Origin: Microthyrium microscopicum
Taxonomy: Eukaryota
Assembly (NCBI GenBank): GCA_010405405.1
Contig: MU004230.1
Location: 3,707,119-3,771,118 of the forward strand
Direction: 5' to 3'
DNA: 64,000 nucleotides
Position numbers and translations under genes: made by a program
Shown here: piece after piece, positions 63,230 through 64,000 of the stretch
Layout: every line of letters starts with the position of its first letter
Numbering within the stretch: position 1 is the first letter of the stretch
Notes under the pieces: generated by a model
Told to the model about the DNA's origin: nothing
What the model saw: the letters and a program-made list of their open reading frames with translations, nothing else
Database searches by the model: none

Positions 63230-64000
63230 CTAGAACTCCCAGAAGCGGCCACCCTGATCAGTCTCTTTTGGCTTTTCCACTCGTCGCGGTGCTGGAGGCT
63301 CAGCAGGCTTGACATCGTCAAATTCCCAGATTGGCTGTGCGCCTTTGCGGCCGCCCATGCCGTCTCCGCCCGTCTTGATGCGGTACTGGTTCTCTTTTCG
63401 TGAGTCAGAGTTTGGGCTCTGGTCGTACATGTTCCAGTTGGGACCCATGCCTTTGACTACACGGGCGCGGTTAGGCTCGACGGGAGCGGTGGTGCGTGCT
63501 GGTAGTGGGGAGTTGTCGGCCATCTCAAAGTGGTGGCCAAAGTCCTTGTTGCGATGATCGAGATCGACATTGGTCACAGTGCGTAGAGGCTGCTTCTTGG
63601 TAGCAGTTGTTGGATCTTCCTCCTCTGTAACTGAGTTGCCCTGGGACACAGTGAGAGCGTCGTTGTGCTTGGATGATGGACGTTTTGGCTCTGGGGTGGC
63701 TTCGTCGGTGATGGAGAAATGGGCATGAGAATCTGGGCGTTCATGATGGACAACTGGACGTTGAACAGGTGACACATCAGCGCCCTCATCATCGCTCCAT
63801 GTCATGGTGCGTTGAGCATGAGGTTGGATCTTGGATGGGGCTTTGGCAGGAGTAGTAAAGTCTTCGAACCCCCATTGTGATGCGTGCTTTGGACGTGGCT
63901 GAACCTTGACCTCTGCAGCAGCCTCGCCGTCACCGAATTCAAAGTGATTATACTTTCTCGGGTTCGCGTTGGTCTTCACAGGAGATTTGGCAGCTTCTTC
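63230..64000 (-). CDS. conserved fungal hypothetical protein, 5'-truncated by window end
   Basis: Open frame to the window edge with repeated HFEF/HFSI/HFEM segments and KTGGDGMGGRKG. Confidence 0.7.
   Translation of the reverse strand, partial: EEAAKSPVKTNANPRKYNHFEFGDGEAAAEVKVQPRPKHASQWGFEDFTTPAKAPSKIQPHAQRTMTWSDDEGADVSPVQRPVVHHERPDSHAHFSITDEATPEPKRPSSKHNDALTVSQGNSVTEEEDPTTATKKQPLRTVTNVDLDHRNKDFGHHFEMADNSPLPARTTAPVEPNRARVVKGMGPNWNMYDQSPNSDSRKENQYRIKTGGDGMGGRKGAQPIWEFDDVKPAEPPAPRRVEKPKETDQGGRFWEF

Overview
Eukaryotic (filamentous ascomycete-type, spliceosomal introns) genomic DNA in three parts. (1) 1-~11.3 kb is an extremely AT-rich, TpA-rich, CpA/TpG-poor block typical of repeat-induced point mutation (RIP). 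Reversing the RIP changes by hand recovers a RecQ-family SF2 helicase relic on the minus strand, bracketed by two ACGTT-core minisatellites, which suggests a fossil helicase-carrying element. (2) ~12.9-41.4 kb is a 10-gene secondary-metabolite cluster: a non-reducing PKS (SAT-KS-AT-PT-ACP-ACP-TE, orsellinic-acid-synthase-like), a Zn2Cys6 transcription factor, an FAD monooxygenase, two laccases of different subfamilies, a 2OG-Fe(II) dioxygenase, a pathogen-related/SnoaL-like protein, a nitroreductase and two MFS transporters. The gene content resembles oosporein-type benzoquinone pathways but with a different tailoring set. (3) ~41.9-64 kb holds mostly housekeeping or conserved genes: SPOUT methyltransferase, SelK-like protein, an apparent UFL1-like winged-helix protein, mitochondrial rpS14, Arb2-domain protein, glycerol-3-phosphate acyltransferase, CBM48 protein, HET-6-like protein, Pif1-family helicase and hypotheticals. 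Gene models were spliced by eye, family calls rest on recalled motifs, and no searches were run.
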